Below, piece by piece: positions 37,559-53,400 of a DNA stretch of 64,000 nucleotides. The notes beneath the pieces are model-generated. The model made no database searches. It saw only the letters and a list, made by a program, of their open reading frames with translations, and had not been told where the DNA came from. Each line of letters begins with the position of its first letter. The first letter of the stretch is position 1. The position numbers and the translations under genes were made by a program. The DNA is from Kudoa neothunni (lineage: Eukaryota > Animalia > Cnidaria): NCBI GenBank assembly GCA_964304625.1, contig OZ199838.1, positions 6,180,144 through 6,244,143 on the forward strand, given 5' to 3'.

Positions 37559-39407
37559 ATGTTGAGAGAATTTGTTCCGGTGGTTTTCGCCGGCGGGGAA
37601 GGAGCTCCACTTATCCCATTAACAAATAGAAAACCGAAATGCTTGTTGCCCATAGGAAATTTGCCATTGATATATTTCACATTGAATTATATCGAACGAG
37701 AAGGGTTTTCAGGTAATAGAATTGTTCAAGAAAATTAAAAATCGATTGTGATCTACACACTTACTTTATATAGATGTGTATATTATCACTAGAGAAGGTT
37801 GGAAACAAGATATAGAGAGTGAGTTGGAAAAAGTCTCTAGTTGCTTTGAACGACTAGCTCTTTCTATAAAAATGAAATATATCACATTTAACGATGAGGA
37901 TTTTTCTGGGACAGCCAAAGTGTTGAATCTAATAAAGGAAAATATCGATGTAACATTATATTTGTTATATTTATTTGCCATTGTGAATCACCACTATTGC
38001 TTTTTAGAATACAAGAAATGTGATATTTTTTGGTGGAGATTTTGTGGGAAATCTGGATTCGTTGAATGAGTTGGTTTCATTGCATCGCAAAAATGATTCC
38101 AAATTATCTGTATATTTAACCAACGCAATCCCGTTGAATGTCAACCACGAGACCAGTGAGTTACTGGCGACAAAAAAGAAGTCTTCTGTTGAATACCAAC
38201 TTTTGAAATGCGGCCAACTTTATATCAATCCAAAAGATATAGTATTGACAGATGTGAATGATGAAAAGTTGTTGTATCTGCTGAATGAAAATGAAATTGA
38301 TGACAACATTTTGGTGGATCCCATGATGATGTTTATGTTTTCTTCGATGAATTGTTACACATCACTACATGACCTGCATATTTATATTATTAAATTTGAG
38401 GTGGTTGAAGAAATTGCGAAACTTGCGTGGGAGTAATTATAAATTTGTTGCTGTTTTCTATATTGACCAACTGATATTAGTGCCAAAGTTGAGAGTTTAC
38501 GAGTTGATCTTATTCCCAAAATAATTTGCAACCAATATCGGTTGGACAACTATGAGAATAGCACCAGCTCCGGCTATACCACCGATGAAGACAAAACACT
38601 CCGAATCAATCCTCTCAACGATGTAGATGTTCCGAAATCGTATAACTTTGGTGAGTTCAAACAGACGAAATATATTGGATTGTGATTTGTATGTAGATCA
38701 AGTGCTTGAATACATAAATTTTGGTTCGAAAGGTTCATTGAATTCCGTTAGTGGTGGTGGCGGCTTTGGCCAGCTGATTGACCAAACCAAAATCTCACAT
38801 GGACAATGTTCAGTGTATGTGAATAAATCGTCTACATCGGTTTACCGTGTGAATACAATGTACGGCTTTCTACGTGCAAACACCGAGGTAGTTGTTGGAC
38901 TCTCTTCACATAAGCACTTAACTTAGATTCGTGATACTTTACGTTTAATTGAAAAACCATTGCCACCTGTCAAGTCTGGAGGTCGTCCTAAGAAAGTTGT
39001 TGCACGAGTTACTTGTCTAACTGCGTGTATCATTCTAACATCGACTTTAGGATGGTAACCATCAAAAATGTTGCATTGATGCCACCGCTACGTTCGCCGA
39101 TAGCTGTGACATACGTCAATCAAATCTTGGACCCAGTTGCGTTATTAAAGAAGGTTGCACCTTGGTTGGAAGCACAATATTTAATAATGTTTCCATTGGA
39201 AAAAAGTATTATAGTCATTCTAGGTGCTTACAATTAATGGTCGTTATTAGTTGTAATCTTGAGCATTGCGTTGTGGCCAGTGGCGCCATTATTGAAGATA
39301 ACTGTTGTTTGAAGAATTGTATAGTAGGTCCGGAAGAATGCATTCCTAATAGTAGTTCCTACTCGAATGAAAAGATGGTTGGTGCCACCGAATTAGTAAT
39401 AGATTAG
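37559..39407 (+). CDS. EIF2B3: Translation initiation factor eIF2B subunit gamma (multi-exon)
   Basis: EFVPVVFAGGEG..LIPLT..KPKCLLPIGNLPLIYF.L pyrophosphorylase-like N-terminus, LHDLHIYII, and C-terminal left-handed beta-helix repeats (CNLEHCVV...LKNCIVG). Confidence 0.92.
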
Positions 39408-39713
39408 ACTTTTATATTGTATATTCTTTAAATGTGTGGCTTTTTTGGCGGTTTTTAACTTATTCATGTAATATGAAATATCAAGTTTTCTGTCTTAAAT
39501 TTATCAAATTTTATCATGAGAAGGTGGGGGTCTCAAGTAGGTGAGACAGGGGTTAGGAATAATTGATTGTTGTTGGTAAAAATCAATTAATTTTAAGCGT
39601 ACTATGTCACAATCAATAATTACAATTATTAAAATTTTTCCAGAGGTATATTTTCATAGTTAGATATCAATATTCGCGATCGAAACCAAATCTAACTGAA
39701 TATTTTAAATATA

Positions 39714-40338
39714 CAGTCGAAACTCGATTATCCCGAAGATATTTTAAATTTTATTTGGATTTTATTGAAATTACGTGTCGATAAATGCTCAATTATTCGG
39801 AATCTCGGTAACACGAAACCGGAGGAATTATTTAATCATAATTCCGGACAAAAGTACCACACATCGCCTTAAGGCATATAAAATGTAGCATATATACCAC
39901 TGCAATATTAAAACAAAAATATTTATAGGTTATTTATTAATAAATTTTTCTTACAAAACTTATGCTAAGCATACAGTCCTTATATAAATTTGTACTATAT
40001 CTGAACGTATACCTTTATGTATATTAAACATACATCAATTATCAATTATTTAAAAAAGCAGATTACTCCTCTGTAGATGTTTCTCCCATAATTATGTAAT
40101 GTTTTTTCTTTTTTTGAGTCTCCATATTCTTAGTTAATAGATATGTCAATATTTTTAATTTAAGTTGCTGCGGTTTAAATATTTTACCTAATAAATAATA
40201 AAAAATTGCTTATTAATCAAGTAAACAATCCTTTAAGTAGAAATTTTAAAAAAACGAGCGCGCACAAGACGTTTATGCTCGATTATCCGGAAAGAAAATC
40301 GCCAGTCCCAAATTCCACGGATAATCGGGGTTCGACCG
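39714..40338. mobile_element. pogo/Tigger-type MITE
   Basis: TA|cagtcgaaactcgattatcc ... ggataatcggggttcgaccg|TA. Confidence 0.8.
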
Positions 40339-41421
40339 TATACGATTAGTGAATTATTGCAAAACTGGAAAAATTTAGTTAATCTAAAGATCAGATTATC
40401 ATCCGAGGGTTAAAATGTAGAATTGTGGCCATACTTACTGAACAAAGATTATAACTAGTTCGTACATTAATCCTACACAGTTTAAATTAAATTAATGTGA
40501 TATTTGTTGAACATTTAATGATAGTAATATCGGAATTTCATCTAATAAATTATTTTTGATATTAACGTAATGTATTTGATATAATTAATTAGCTAATGTT
40601 TATATAAAATATGAAATTATTATTTTTATAGAACGGGAATTGAAACAGTAGACAATCGCTAAGGTTTTATTGTAATAATCCATAAAAATCAGAGTTTTCC
40701 GACTTCAATTTTAAAATACATAAAGCATGCTTTACTTGAACCGGCTTTATTGGCAGTACAGCCTGTTGAAATAATCATGAGGAGCTAGGAGTTCAACATA
40801 TAATAGATTACACCAACCATTATTGTGATGACCAATAGCTGTTGTCAAAGTTGCCGTACTGGAGATACGACGTTGATAAATACTCAATAATAAAATATTC
40901 AACAGGTTCCTTCTTGTCCGTTCTCGCTGATTTGGTGGATTACAGCCATTATTCTTCAATTTAACCAATAAGTGATTTATCATTAAATTCGCTATTGATT
41001 ATCGGGCACATATGCTAATCGACAGATGTTAAAACTAGAATATTACTGCCTTTGTATACATTTAATACACTCTTAATTATTATTATTATTATTAATCATA
41101 TAAATAATTTTCTTTCTAAAGATTAAATGGTGTATTCAATATGAAAACTGAATAAAAAAATATTGGTTGGTTTCAAATCCTCCCTCAACTAAAAATATGT
41201 TGGAAATAAATGCCTCCCGGCTCAGGCCGTATAATAATAATGATACTGATATGAAATTACGTATTCTGTTTTTATTATAATACACTTTTATTTTTTAATG
41301 AACTACACAAAAATAATCGATTCGTGATCATATGTAGAAAATATATCTCTCGTGTAGTTTGTCTTTAATCCTATTACTGTTTATTCTGATTCTAGTTGAT
41401 ACTAAATCAAATTGAAGATCG

Positions 41422-44400
41422 ATGAGTGTGTTGATTTTGTTATGGAAATGTATCAAAGTGAAATTGGCTAATAAGGTACGAGTGGAAATTTATGTTATCA
41501 TAAGCCGCCAATTTTACCTTATTGTTTAAGATGACTCTATTTGGAGAAATAGTCTTACCGATGTTTTTGGTATTATTTCTGTTAACTTTACGACCATATA
41601 TCTCTATAATTCATATGAGCGATGGTATAATATTGTTGTTTGAATCTCTGGTTTTTATGTTGTTCATATAAGGTTTTTCGAAACCAATGCCAATGCCCTC
41701 AAATGGTATGATGGAGACTCTGTTTGGTATTCTATGCTATGACCTCACTCCTTCGCCATTTGCTTCCAGTTTAAATCGATTTAAATATATCGATTCAAGG
41801 TATTTTTATATGGAGTATTTATGAGTTTAATTAATAAATCGCATTCTGTCCAAAAGATTTCATATCTATCTTAAAATCTATGATACAATCAGAAAAAGTA
41901 ATAATCTCAAAAAAAAGCTCACCATTATTTTTTCAAAATTTCAACCAATACTTGACGCAGTGGACGACACATCTATTCATAATTATCGTAAGTCAAGTTT
42001 TGAGTTCGACATTACTGGTGTATTGCAAGGCTTAAAAATTGGAGATGCGATATCCATTGATAAGGACACTATAAATGAGCTGAAAAGAAATCTTCATATC
42101 GATGACGAGGAATATGAGCGTTTTACCAAAAGAGAGTTTCTCGATATTAGAGATGTAATAGTTTCTTTCTTTTATGCATATTAATTATTTGTAGGTAATT
42201 ATAGAATGTATTAGAGTAATATATTTTTTTGACATAGAAAAAATTAATTATAACTAATTAAAAATTATCTTACAAAACCTTAATCTAAAATATTATCAAT
42301 TTTTAGATTTTGGATAAATAAGTTGACCCCATTTATGTTCATATTTATATTAAATTTACGTTAGTCGAATAGACGTGGATGTGTTTGCGGTGATTCTATC
42401 AGATAACATTATTTAGTATTCTGCGGTAGATGATGGGAATAAATTGAAAATTTTTACATTTCCGCGAATTTCCGAATCTAACTTCTTTTCGTTATTCCCT
42501 CAGAGCGACCCTGTTTTTATTGTAACTAATCGCTTTTGCTTGCTAGTATTACTCATTAATTTAGAAACGAATCTATCAAAAGATCGTTGGAATGCCAGAC
42601 GGCAATCTTTATCAATTCGTTCGAAATAAAATGGAAGCTAAATTAATTCAGTGTAATGAAAACATTCTAAAGGTTAATTTTAAATTTTAAAGTATTATGA
42701 TTGCTGGTTTAGGTGATAGAAAATATTCAGTCGTTGTTTGATAGTATCACTTCGCTTACGGAAGTTATTTTTTATGATTGTTATAATTTTGTTATATGTC
42801 TAAGGATAACGATTTTTCAAATATTAAACAAAAATTCATGGCAACAAATCCTTTATACCTAAATATTAAATATATTAGGAATTTTTTATGCTCGAAAAGT
42901 CACGAGGGACAACATAATTTTTTGTGGGAGCGTAACAATTTTGTTCCTATTATAGGTAGAAATAAAGGTAATTTTCTATTAATTGAGTACACATAATTTA
43001 AAAATAGCCTATATATGAATTTGTAAAACATATTTATATATACGTTTATTTAATACATTAATTTGTTAATATATTTGTTTTTAATTAGAATAACTTGATG
43101 TATCATAAAAAATCATACAATGGGTGACCAGTTTTTCGTACTGTCGACTCCTTCGTATTTTTAACATAAAGATATCGCATATCATTTTATAATAGAATTC
43201 ATCAAATGAATTAAAAAAGTTTTTATTTTAATTAATTTAAACTATTTTGTACGTGTTCTTCGTACATTTTTGCCGAGAACTTGCTTACGAATTAACCAGT
43301 TTTCGTAATTACAGAAAAATGAATGATGAAAACATCATATAATTACAGAAATATATAATAAAAATATTAAATAATCTTGTATTTTGATTATTTGTCATCG
43401 AGGGTGCTATGACTGCTATGACTACTACTGTTCACCACTTTAAATTAGCCATTATTTCAACGTTGCACGGTATCCTAATTAGGAAAAACGAAATTATTAT
43501 TTTATTCGAAATTGGGCTGTATTTTAAAAATAGAAAAGATTAAAAATTATTAACTATTAAAATCAAAATAATACAAATTTTACCAACAATGTGAGTTGTT
43601 ATATATATATGACTATAAAATATTGTTTATGCGCGTGCGTCAGAAGTGCGAAAAATTGGTCAATGGCCAATTTTCCGTACATTTTTCAATCCCCGTGAGG
43701 AGTACGAATGTGTGGTCGCCTAATGTATTTGTTTACTTCTTACATCTTACATTTTTAACGAAAGTTTGATGATATCACTAATTGTAATGATATTTTTGGT
43801 ATTTATACTCAAAATAATCGGGAAATGTAATTTGAAAATTAAAATTTCATTGATTAGTATGTCGTTATCTATATGACAATTTGATTCTAACATAAGTAGA
43901 TATTATGAAGTAAAATTTAAGTATTTTGAAAAATTTGAATAAAAAAATAGGACACTTAAAGTGGAAAATATAATTTATTTGGCGGTAGTTTATTGGTTGT
44001 AATAAATAACTTATTAGATGAATTAATTCTATTAAAATATAATATTTATATATACTATTTAAAGAAATTTTTAATTAGTATATTAAAGTATGATATCCAA
44101 GAATAATGCAATTATATAAATAGAAATAGAATTTTTATTAAGAATGAGGTAAAATTAATATTGGGTCAATTAATGTATTATCAACAATTTTTTTCTCAAA
44201 TTTCTACGTAAATAATGATGATTTTATTTACCAAACTAAAGATTCACTTTTATGTAAATATTAAACTTATATAATGATTATATGAATTCAGATGTGTTAA
44301 CTGAGATTATTGTCTTGCGTTATCGTTATTATTTTGCATGTTTTAATAGCTGGGAATCATTGTATTAAGTTAAAGAATAAATAATAATATACAGTTTGAG

Positions 44401-47400
44401 TTTTAGATTAGCATTATGCAATATTGGCATTATGTATTCAATCATTTAGGAAGATTGCAAATCACTCGTATTTTAAGAAAATAATCAGCTATTATTTACT
44501 TACTCTTTAAATGTTATTATATTTTACTTCACCTAGAATTCTAGCATTTTAAATTCAAAATTTTATATTATTTCTTTAGCATAAGCTAAGAATATTCGAA
44601 TTTTTAAATATAAAAATGTTAGGAAAGTTTTTTTACCTTAATTTTTTTTCTAAATGTTGATATTTATTATATCGATATTTCATAGCCTACATAATTAAGT
44701 TTTAATTATTTATTGGATATACGAAAATTATTGGAAATATATTGAGAATATTTTTCTAATAAACGATAATATTGAAAACCAACTAAATTTTTAACTATCT
44801 AATGTAATAAAAAATAATTTATGCCAACTTATAGCTCATTCGCACACTTTATTAAAAAAACACTGGGCTGTAAGAGGTAAGGAATAAAGAAATTATAATC
44901 GATTAATGAATTATATGGCAATAAACAAGTAAAAAACATTTTCCAATGACTTCCAATTAATTATAAAATAAAAAGTAACAATCACCTTAATCTAATCAAT
45001 TCGATCAACCTAGAAATAGGTATTTACGCAAATAAGACACAATTATTTTGTAATGTTCTTTTCAGTGAACGATATTGTTTAACTATTGTCATGACTTGAG
45101 GAACAACATCTTATATTAAATGTAAAAATAACTAATTCTTAGATCCCGACCCTGAAGTAACCTGTAGAAGGAGGGTTATTGGTAAAACTATCAACGCTAT
45201 TGGCATCAACAAATATCCACTATTTTCGAAAGATATTGAAATGGCGACAGCTATGTTGCTTCGTCTAAATGATTTTTTTAAGCCGTTTGATTTGCTTATT
45301 TCCAATTTGACTCAATATTCAAATATTTACGATGAACTATACTGTTACGTATCTGTTGCAAAGAATTCATTCTCATCTTATTCACACGTAAGTTTTAACA
45401 TTTAAACGTTTGATTTGTATGGTCTTTACGCTAGATAATACGAGGTATCGAAGACAGTATGCGTGACGTATCATACCTCTTCGAGAATTATCCTCTTCAA
45501 TGGATACCTTCGGGGTTCACCATGGTGAGCGATGAAAAGGCTGTGCTGCAATATTTCGATCCCATCATGACTATCAATGACTTGAAGGATACATTTAATT
45601 CGACAGTGTCCCCATATGCGATAGGTAATTATGAATAATCAGGTTAATATCAGTGCTGGTTAATTTAACTTGCTCACATAAGAGAAGTCACCCCCTCAAA
45701 CGATCACCAGGTTAAATTTCTCTAGCATCAAATTGGATAATTTTAGCTTAATATTTAGTCTTCTATAAAAATCAGTTTCCTTGGTTCTTAATGCGTTAAA
45801 CCTGTTCGGATTTTCTATATCATTTTCTACACACCAAAAATTGTGTGATATGTTTATATTTAGAATATTTTATTAAACAACAGTACATTTAATTATAAAA
45901 TATAGGTTATATTAACCTTCTGAGTCAAGGAAATTTACACCTTCCATTTAAAAATGGGGTAGATATCTACCCTAAAATTTTTTGACTAAAATTGTTTAAA
46001 TTATAAAGTTATATAATCTCGGATAGTCTTAATAAATCCTATCGATTAGATTTTGAGTAAATCAAGAAACATTATTAATTGTCTGTGTTGCGCATGCGCG
46101 TGGTTTGAAAATTGAGCGGCGTGCGCTCTTGTCTTATCAGCAGTAATCTCTTTTTTTGCTTGAAAATATTCTTTTAATGTACAATAATTTTTAGAGATTT
46201 ATTGAGCACTAATAAATGTAATATTTACACAGAAATCAACAAAAATAACGAGAAATCGGCGTTATATCTTGAAACATGTCGAAAACGTTTTTACAACAAA
46301 CCGTTAAGCAAACGTCACACTTCTGGACAGTTTTCATGCCGTACATTTGCCGATTGAAGAATGTCCGAAATGTATCGACTATCGAATTAATATTCTGTCT
46401 TATGAAAGGGACAACACTGAAACGATTATAAAAGGTGTTTTCAGCTGGTGTTCGAGTAGATAATGGAGTCTCAGTCTCCCATAATGTTCCATTCGTGGCG
46501 GAAAGACAATCGACGGGAAGATTTATATTAAAATCGCATCTGCCTGAAGATTCTTCGTTAATAGGCCGTATTAAGTGTCCGATGAGTTGGAATCTGAACA
46601 ACTTTAATTGTATTCTCACGAACTCATTGCACACAAAACAACAGGAGAGCGTGCGCACATGGGACTTAATAATAATGTTTTTAGATTTACTCAAAACCTA
46701 ATCAATAGAATTGACTAATACTGTTCAAAATTAAATAACTTTTTATTTTAAATAGTTTTGCAAACGAAAATCTGGGGGAGATTTCTACACCATTTTACAT
46801 GGAGGGTTAATAATATTCATATTTTATAAAAAATAAATAATTTCACCATCCATATACCATTGAATTTTTGCACTCGAAGTCACTGATTCTCAATAACCCA
46901 AAATTTTTTTTGCTATTGTATTCTTATTTAAATCAGTTAAATATATGTGAAATTAATTTTTAATTATGTAACTAATATAACAATATGGACATTCGAAATA
47001 TTTTTCATAACGAACTAAAGCTTGCTTCTTTTATGTTTTATTGATATTTATCATTTTTTATAACAGTTCTTAAAGATTCCTGTTTCAGACGTTTCCCAAC
47101 CACTTTCAATCTATTTAAATATTACCATATTACAGACTTAAACAAACACTGATTATCTTTATCGAAAGAAAGCTGCCTCCTAAAAAAATTATATGCAAAT
47201 GTCCTTCAAACTTGTTCCACTAGAGATCTTTAGTTGGGAAAGAATGTGATTATATTTTTCGGTATAAAAATAATTCAATAATTGAAAAAACCATACTTGT
47301 GTTGAAATAATTTTAAATAATATCAATCACTATATTTTTTACAACTCTAAAATATACAATGATATTTTTCTTTTTTAATAAAGATCTCTTAAGATATAAA

Positions 47401-50400
47401 TTTTCTTCAACTTGAATATATTTTCGAATTTGACTTACAATTGGATTTCGATAAATGTTTTAATGCGTGATTATTACTTTTTTCGGAAAAAAATGTTTTT
47501 AAGAGTTTATTAATTATAATACATTTAAATTAAGTCATTAAAAATGCCTAATCAGACCATATGATTTAAAAATATTGTGATTGTACTACAAAGTGATTAT
47601 TTCTGATTTTAATCCTCATAATTTAATATTTTTGTGAAAATTCTCTAAAATCTCACAATACCGGACGTCTAGATGGAAACTTCTGAGGATTAATTGCATT
47701 AAATTTTGTGTGTATAAAATAGTTTTCCTTATTTTATAGATTAATTTATAAAAATTGAGTATTTTTAATCCAAAGTCCATTAGAGGATAATATATTGAAG
47801 TTATATGAATACTCTTTTTAAATCAAATATTCCTATATTTAAAAAACATTTGCATAAATTAATCTGTGTAAAAATGTATTTTCTACAACCACGATAGAAT
47901 CATTATCGAATAATTACAGTCCAATTTTCTTTTTGAATTATTATGGTTATACTTTATATCCTGCAAATTTTAGGAATCTCACTCAACGGAACCAAGGAAG
48001 ATCCTTCCTACAAACTTATTTACCTACCTTTTATGTCGCCCAGAACTTATGAAATGTATCCCAAGTAGGTGTTATTTGTGTTAATGCTTAAAACAGGAAC
48101 AACGTTAGACTCAGTGAATTTTATATGATTATTTCAATTTAATAAATTTTTATCATTAATTAAATATAACTATCAAAATAAAATATCTTAATTAATTAGT
48201 AGAAAATCCATTATGACTGATTTAAAGATTATAATTTTACCGACGGATGATATTGTTTCGTTGTTGTTGTTGTTGTTATTCGACCGCTGTGCTTATTTAC
48301 GAACAGCTTAGGTGAATATTTACCTAATACGCGTTGGTCCTACCATTATTTCAAAAATTTGGTTATTTACTTTCAAGATATGGTAGAATATTCAGTTATA
48401 AAGTTTTACAACCCAGACCAATTGTCATTTGTTCATAAATACATGGCTTCGATGCCCAGGTTTCGCAAAGTTTATGATGGGTATTGATTAGATTTATAAA
48501 TTAAAACAATTTTTGAAATTTCAGAAACTTTTTTTTACATTGATATGTGTAGTTTGAAACAAATGTTTTATGGTGCCATGGCATTTTTCCTGTTTTTTGG
48601 GGTATTCCCAGCCAATCACATCAATAATAAGTAGTTTAATAATGGAAAAGGAGGCAAAAACACTTGATATGATCCGAGTAAGCTTTCTATTCTACTTGAA
48701 ATATACACTCTTAGTCATCAGTGTAATAATATAAATGATGGTAGATTATGGGCGCGAATCATAGCAAAAACTTGCTCTCTTGGTTCGTTTTCTATTGTCT
48801 AATTTTTATCATCACCATTATCCCATTGAGTGTCTTTGTGAAATTGACACATTTCATGGTGTACACAAATCCCTTCATATTCTCAGCTGTACTATTTACC
48901 TTCATGGTTGCCACATTCGCATATTGTGTCATTATATACAGTTTATTCGACAATGGCATTATTGGAGCAAACGTTGGCTATTTGATCTTTTTTGTTATGT
49001 TCGTTCCATTTCCAGTATTGAGCTATTACAAAGAAATTGTTCCATGTTATGTTAACATAATTTCGGTATGCTTTTAATTTTGAATAGGTTTGAATTTTAA
49101 TCCAATAAAGACTATGCTAATTTTTATCTTTATATATTAGGGGCTTTCGTTACCCATCGCGTTCGCTAAAGTATGCTTAGAAATCAGTATGTTTGAAGAA
49201 ATGGAAATAAAAGTTCAAATGTCAAATTTGTTTATTTCAAATCATCTAAGGAATGACTTCGGGCTTGGGTTCTATTGGATAATTATGGTAATCGATGGAG
49301 TTCTTTATATCATAATAGCTTCATGTATAATACATAAAAACAGATTTAGTAAATACATTAAAACGTTTCGGATACTTATTATAATATTAAGCCATTTTCA
49401 GTATTCTGAAAAGAAAATTAAAGTCTACTGCAGTCAGGATTTTTAAGGTATTTTGTAATAAATTATTGGTTGTTAAAATCATGATTCGAATCCAACTCTC
49501 GAAATATATTATTTTTATCCTAGTCTTCTCAAAATATTCCTAGTTTTAATTTTGTTGTAATGTAAGTAGTTTTTGTTTTTAGCTGAAAGGGAAAAGTGAT
49601 AGCAGGTCGTTAAATGAAACTAACCAAACTCTGGCCCTAGCTCAAACAGAAGGCCACCAACCTAGTTTTTCAAATTTGCTGACGCCTGAAACGAATCATA
49701 ACAATGATTTTGTTAACGTAGTGCATATTTCTAAGGTGATTTTTACTTGTATTTTTATATTTAAAACCATTTCAATTAAGAAATTCTTCCACGATGAAGA
49801 TTTTGTTTTGAAGGATGTAACATTTGGTTTGCGAAAAAGTGAGGTCACTTGTTTTCTGGGACCAAACGGCGCTGGGAAGTCAACTCTCATAAATATAATG
49901 TTGAACCGCATTTGTCCAAACAGTGGAAAGGTTTTTATCGATGGAAATGAAATCACCAAACAAAGCTCCTTCAAGAATGTTGGATTTTGTCCTCAATTCA
50001 ACATTCTTTATGATCAACTGACTGTTGGTGATCATCTTTATTTTTATTTTCGCCTAAAGAATGAAGAGACCACAAATATCGACCGTAATATAGAATTGTA
50101 GGTTGAATATTTTGTTGGATTGATTTTCCACCGTCTTTTTGTGTTAAGATATCTTGGTAAAATGCGTATGTTGGATAAAAAGGATGATAAGGTTGTCACT
50201 CTCTCTGGAGGTATGAAAAGAAAACTTTGTGTTGGCATTGCTTTTATCGGCAGACCTGAACTTGTGATTTTGGATGAGCCAACAGCTGGTGTTGATCCCT
50301 ATTCTCGAAGGATTGTGTGGGAGCTTATCGCTAGATTCAAAAAAGGTTTTTAATATATAGTAGTAATGTATGGTGTTTTATTTTCGTAGACAAAACCATC

Positions 50401-53400
50401 CTTCTCACTACACATCTCATGGATGAGGCTGACATTTTGGGAAATAATGTAGTATTTCTTTCAAAAGGAAGAATCATCGCGCAAGGTTCTCCTCTTGACC
50501 TCAAGATCAAATATGGCGGTGGATTGAAAATCACTTTAACTAACGTAATATTTGAGCTCTGGTCGAGAATATAAAATCGGCAATACATTGCATTTGTTAC
50601 AAAATATTAATATTTAATAACATTTATATGAAAAATACATTTAGGTCACAGAATGGACTGGAAACCAACCAAAAGAGTTGTTGAGTGACTTCGAAAATTT
50701 TGTTACTAATTCAAAATTGACCAGATGCGGTAAGAAAAATATTGTTATCGAATTGCCACAAGGGGCTGAAAAATCACAAAACTTTATTCAACTATTGGAT
50801 CATATTGATTCCAGTAAAGAGAGTCTTCGTATACAAGAATACGGACTAGATGCTCCATCGTTAGAAGATGTGTATGTCAATTTGAAAATGCATCAGTCAA
50901 GTAGTAGTAACATGAGGAATCATAGTCGGTCACTACATAATGAAGTTATAAATAATGCTGATCCATTGGCATGCACCGATTTTGGTCATGCAGATACATT
51001 TGCGTTTGATGAGATGAATAATACCGGGAATGAGCAGCTGCCTTCCGATTCCGAAATATCTGCCCATCGTTTTCCCAATTTAAATTTAAATTACGACATA
51101 AATACAACACATTATTTACGAAATGCATTAATTAATACTTGGAATCGACTTTGTAATATTAACAGTCGATTCTTGGTAGTTTTTCAAATTAGAACACTGA
51201 GAATGTTCCGCGATTATCGGATGTTTATTAGCAACCTACTGGTTCCCGCTATTTTCATATTGCTGTGTTGTCTTATCGTCCTATCAAATTCTAAAGTTGA
51301 AAGAGAGTCCACTCTTTCTATTGATATCAGATCGATGGCTAAACATATCCAGTATTTGGTGATTGGAGATAAGCAATCCAATAGTCAAAACCCCGACTCT
51401 TTGTTAAACACATTGAAAAATTTTTACACAACAAAAAGTCTTTGTTAGGATGTTTTATTTTCTAATAGATTATAAATTTAGATAATAATTTGTTTCCAGA
51501 TGTGGATGTTTGTACAGCCAACACAGAGTATGAAAATAGTGGAACCTCTTATAGACCCAATATTAATGAACTGGATAAGGATACATACAAACGCTCTTCG
51601 ATGCTATCACCATATGACAAATTACGTTTTATTTGGACCGATGAATGTCCCATTGATTCCTACCTAATGGAAACCCAAGCCTCATGTGACAGAAACAGGT
51701 TATTTTTCTCTAGTTGAAATTCAATTCGGTTAGAATTTTTGATTATAATTATATCAATATTTTCAAATATTTGTTTATTGACAAAATTTTAATATTTTAG
51801 GCCGTTAGCCATAACTTTCAACACTAATCTTAATGAAGAATATGAAGATTCAACCCCTTCCACTTATGTATTAGATAATTTAACAACCCTTATCCATGTA
51901 TAGCTTATATTTAGGTACAATATGATTATTATATGCTTCATTCGTCGGCAGCGGGACTTCATTTTTTAAATAATTTGATTTTTAAACATAACTGTGTTGC
52001 AAATAAAGCCAATTGTGAGAATTACACTATCAAGGGCTATATTCAAAAGTTGTTCTATGAACCATACGAAAGACATAATTCTCTCCGGTAAATATATATT
52101 TTTGTATCACATCAATTATTGGTTCCTAGTGATCCATTTGTTAATTAACCAAAATAGGTTAAATTCGCTAGTAATTAATTTACTATAATTTTAATCAAAT
52201 TTCTTATAAATTTAGAGATTCCTACACTGTTTTTTAACAAATTTTTATCATAAATATTTACATTAATTTTATTATTACTCGTTGGATCTAATATATGTTG
52301 GTGTAATAATATAATGTCCTAATTATTTAATTGAGTTCTTTTTATCAAAAACTATTAAACTATTTTGAAATTAATACAGTAATTAAAAAGATGGATACAT
52401 TTTTCACCATAGACACCTTTTTGATTGCATAAAATTAACGGAACAATCATAATATTAATCTCTGTATCTCAAAAAAAGGAAATTTTAATCGAAATTAATT
52501 GATATTTTAGATGTTTTGATTAAATTTTCCCCATTTTTTGGTATAATTACAATTATCATTTCCGATTAATTATTTTTATCATCTTTATTATCTTTTTCTA
52601 ACGAAAAATTCCCAGTTTATCTCTAAAATGAATGTGCTTTTGAAAGATCTCAAAATATATTTTGTATAGTTTCCGCCAGTTGTATTTCCCCAATTGGTAA
52701 AAAATATTAAGATTATAATATTTTTAAAATGAAATTTTGTGACGCCTACTAATAAAGAATCTAAAACTAAAGAGTCGAAAATTCGAGCGTGCTTGTGTCA
52801 TATGATAAAATTTATTAGTAAACGTGGCATCTATCTCGTGTTTTTGGAATGTTTAAATCCATAAAAGAAAGTTTTTATCCAATTAATTTCATCATTTATT
52901 TATTTGTTACTATTCTGGCGTCATTTGAATTCCACAATGACATTATCTTGGGGCTAATTAGATGGTTTCTTATTTTATGTATTTTCGACATTAAAAACAA
53001 AATATTCCTCTATTAATAGAATCTAATGATTGTCTCTACATTTATTAACAAGATAATATTTTAAACATTTTCCTACGTTGCCGTAATAAATATAATAATT
53101 ACTTTTAAAGAGCTTGAGACTATTTTTAGATTATTTATATAAGTTAAATCAATATTATCAAAAATGAATTATTTTTAGTTCAAGAAATCGAATGTTTACG
53201 TCGGCTGGGATGTTTTTGGGTATTGCATTGAGCTTTGCAATATCGTCATTCTGCTTGTTTGTGGTTGAAACTCGAGTTTCAAAACTACGTCATCTGTTCA
53301 CTATATACGGACTGAATACGTGGATTTACGTGATTGGAAATTTGATTTTTGATATTGTACTCTTTTATAAACAATTTCTTTTAAAACATACAATTTATTA

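Noticed and set aside
39548-39558. Second telomere-like motif AGGGGTTAGG
   Set aside because: Only 10 nt with no supporting structure; expected by chance.
40747-41093. 78-aa ORF with an adjacent (TTA)n run as a non-LTR retrotransposon 3' end
   Set aside because: Only a vague motif resemblance, and strand and tail orientation are inconsistent.
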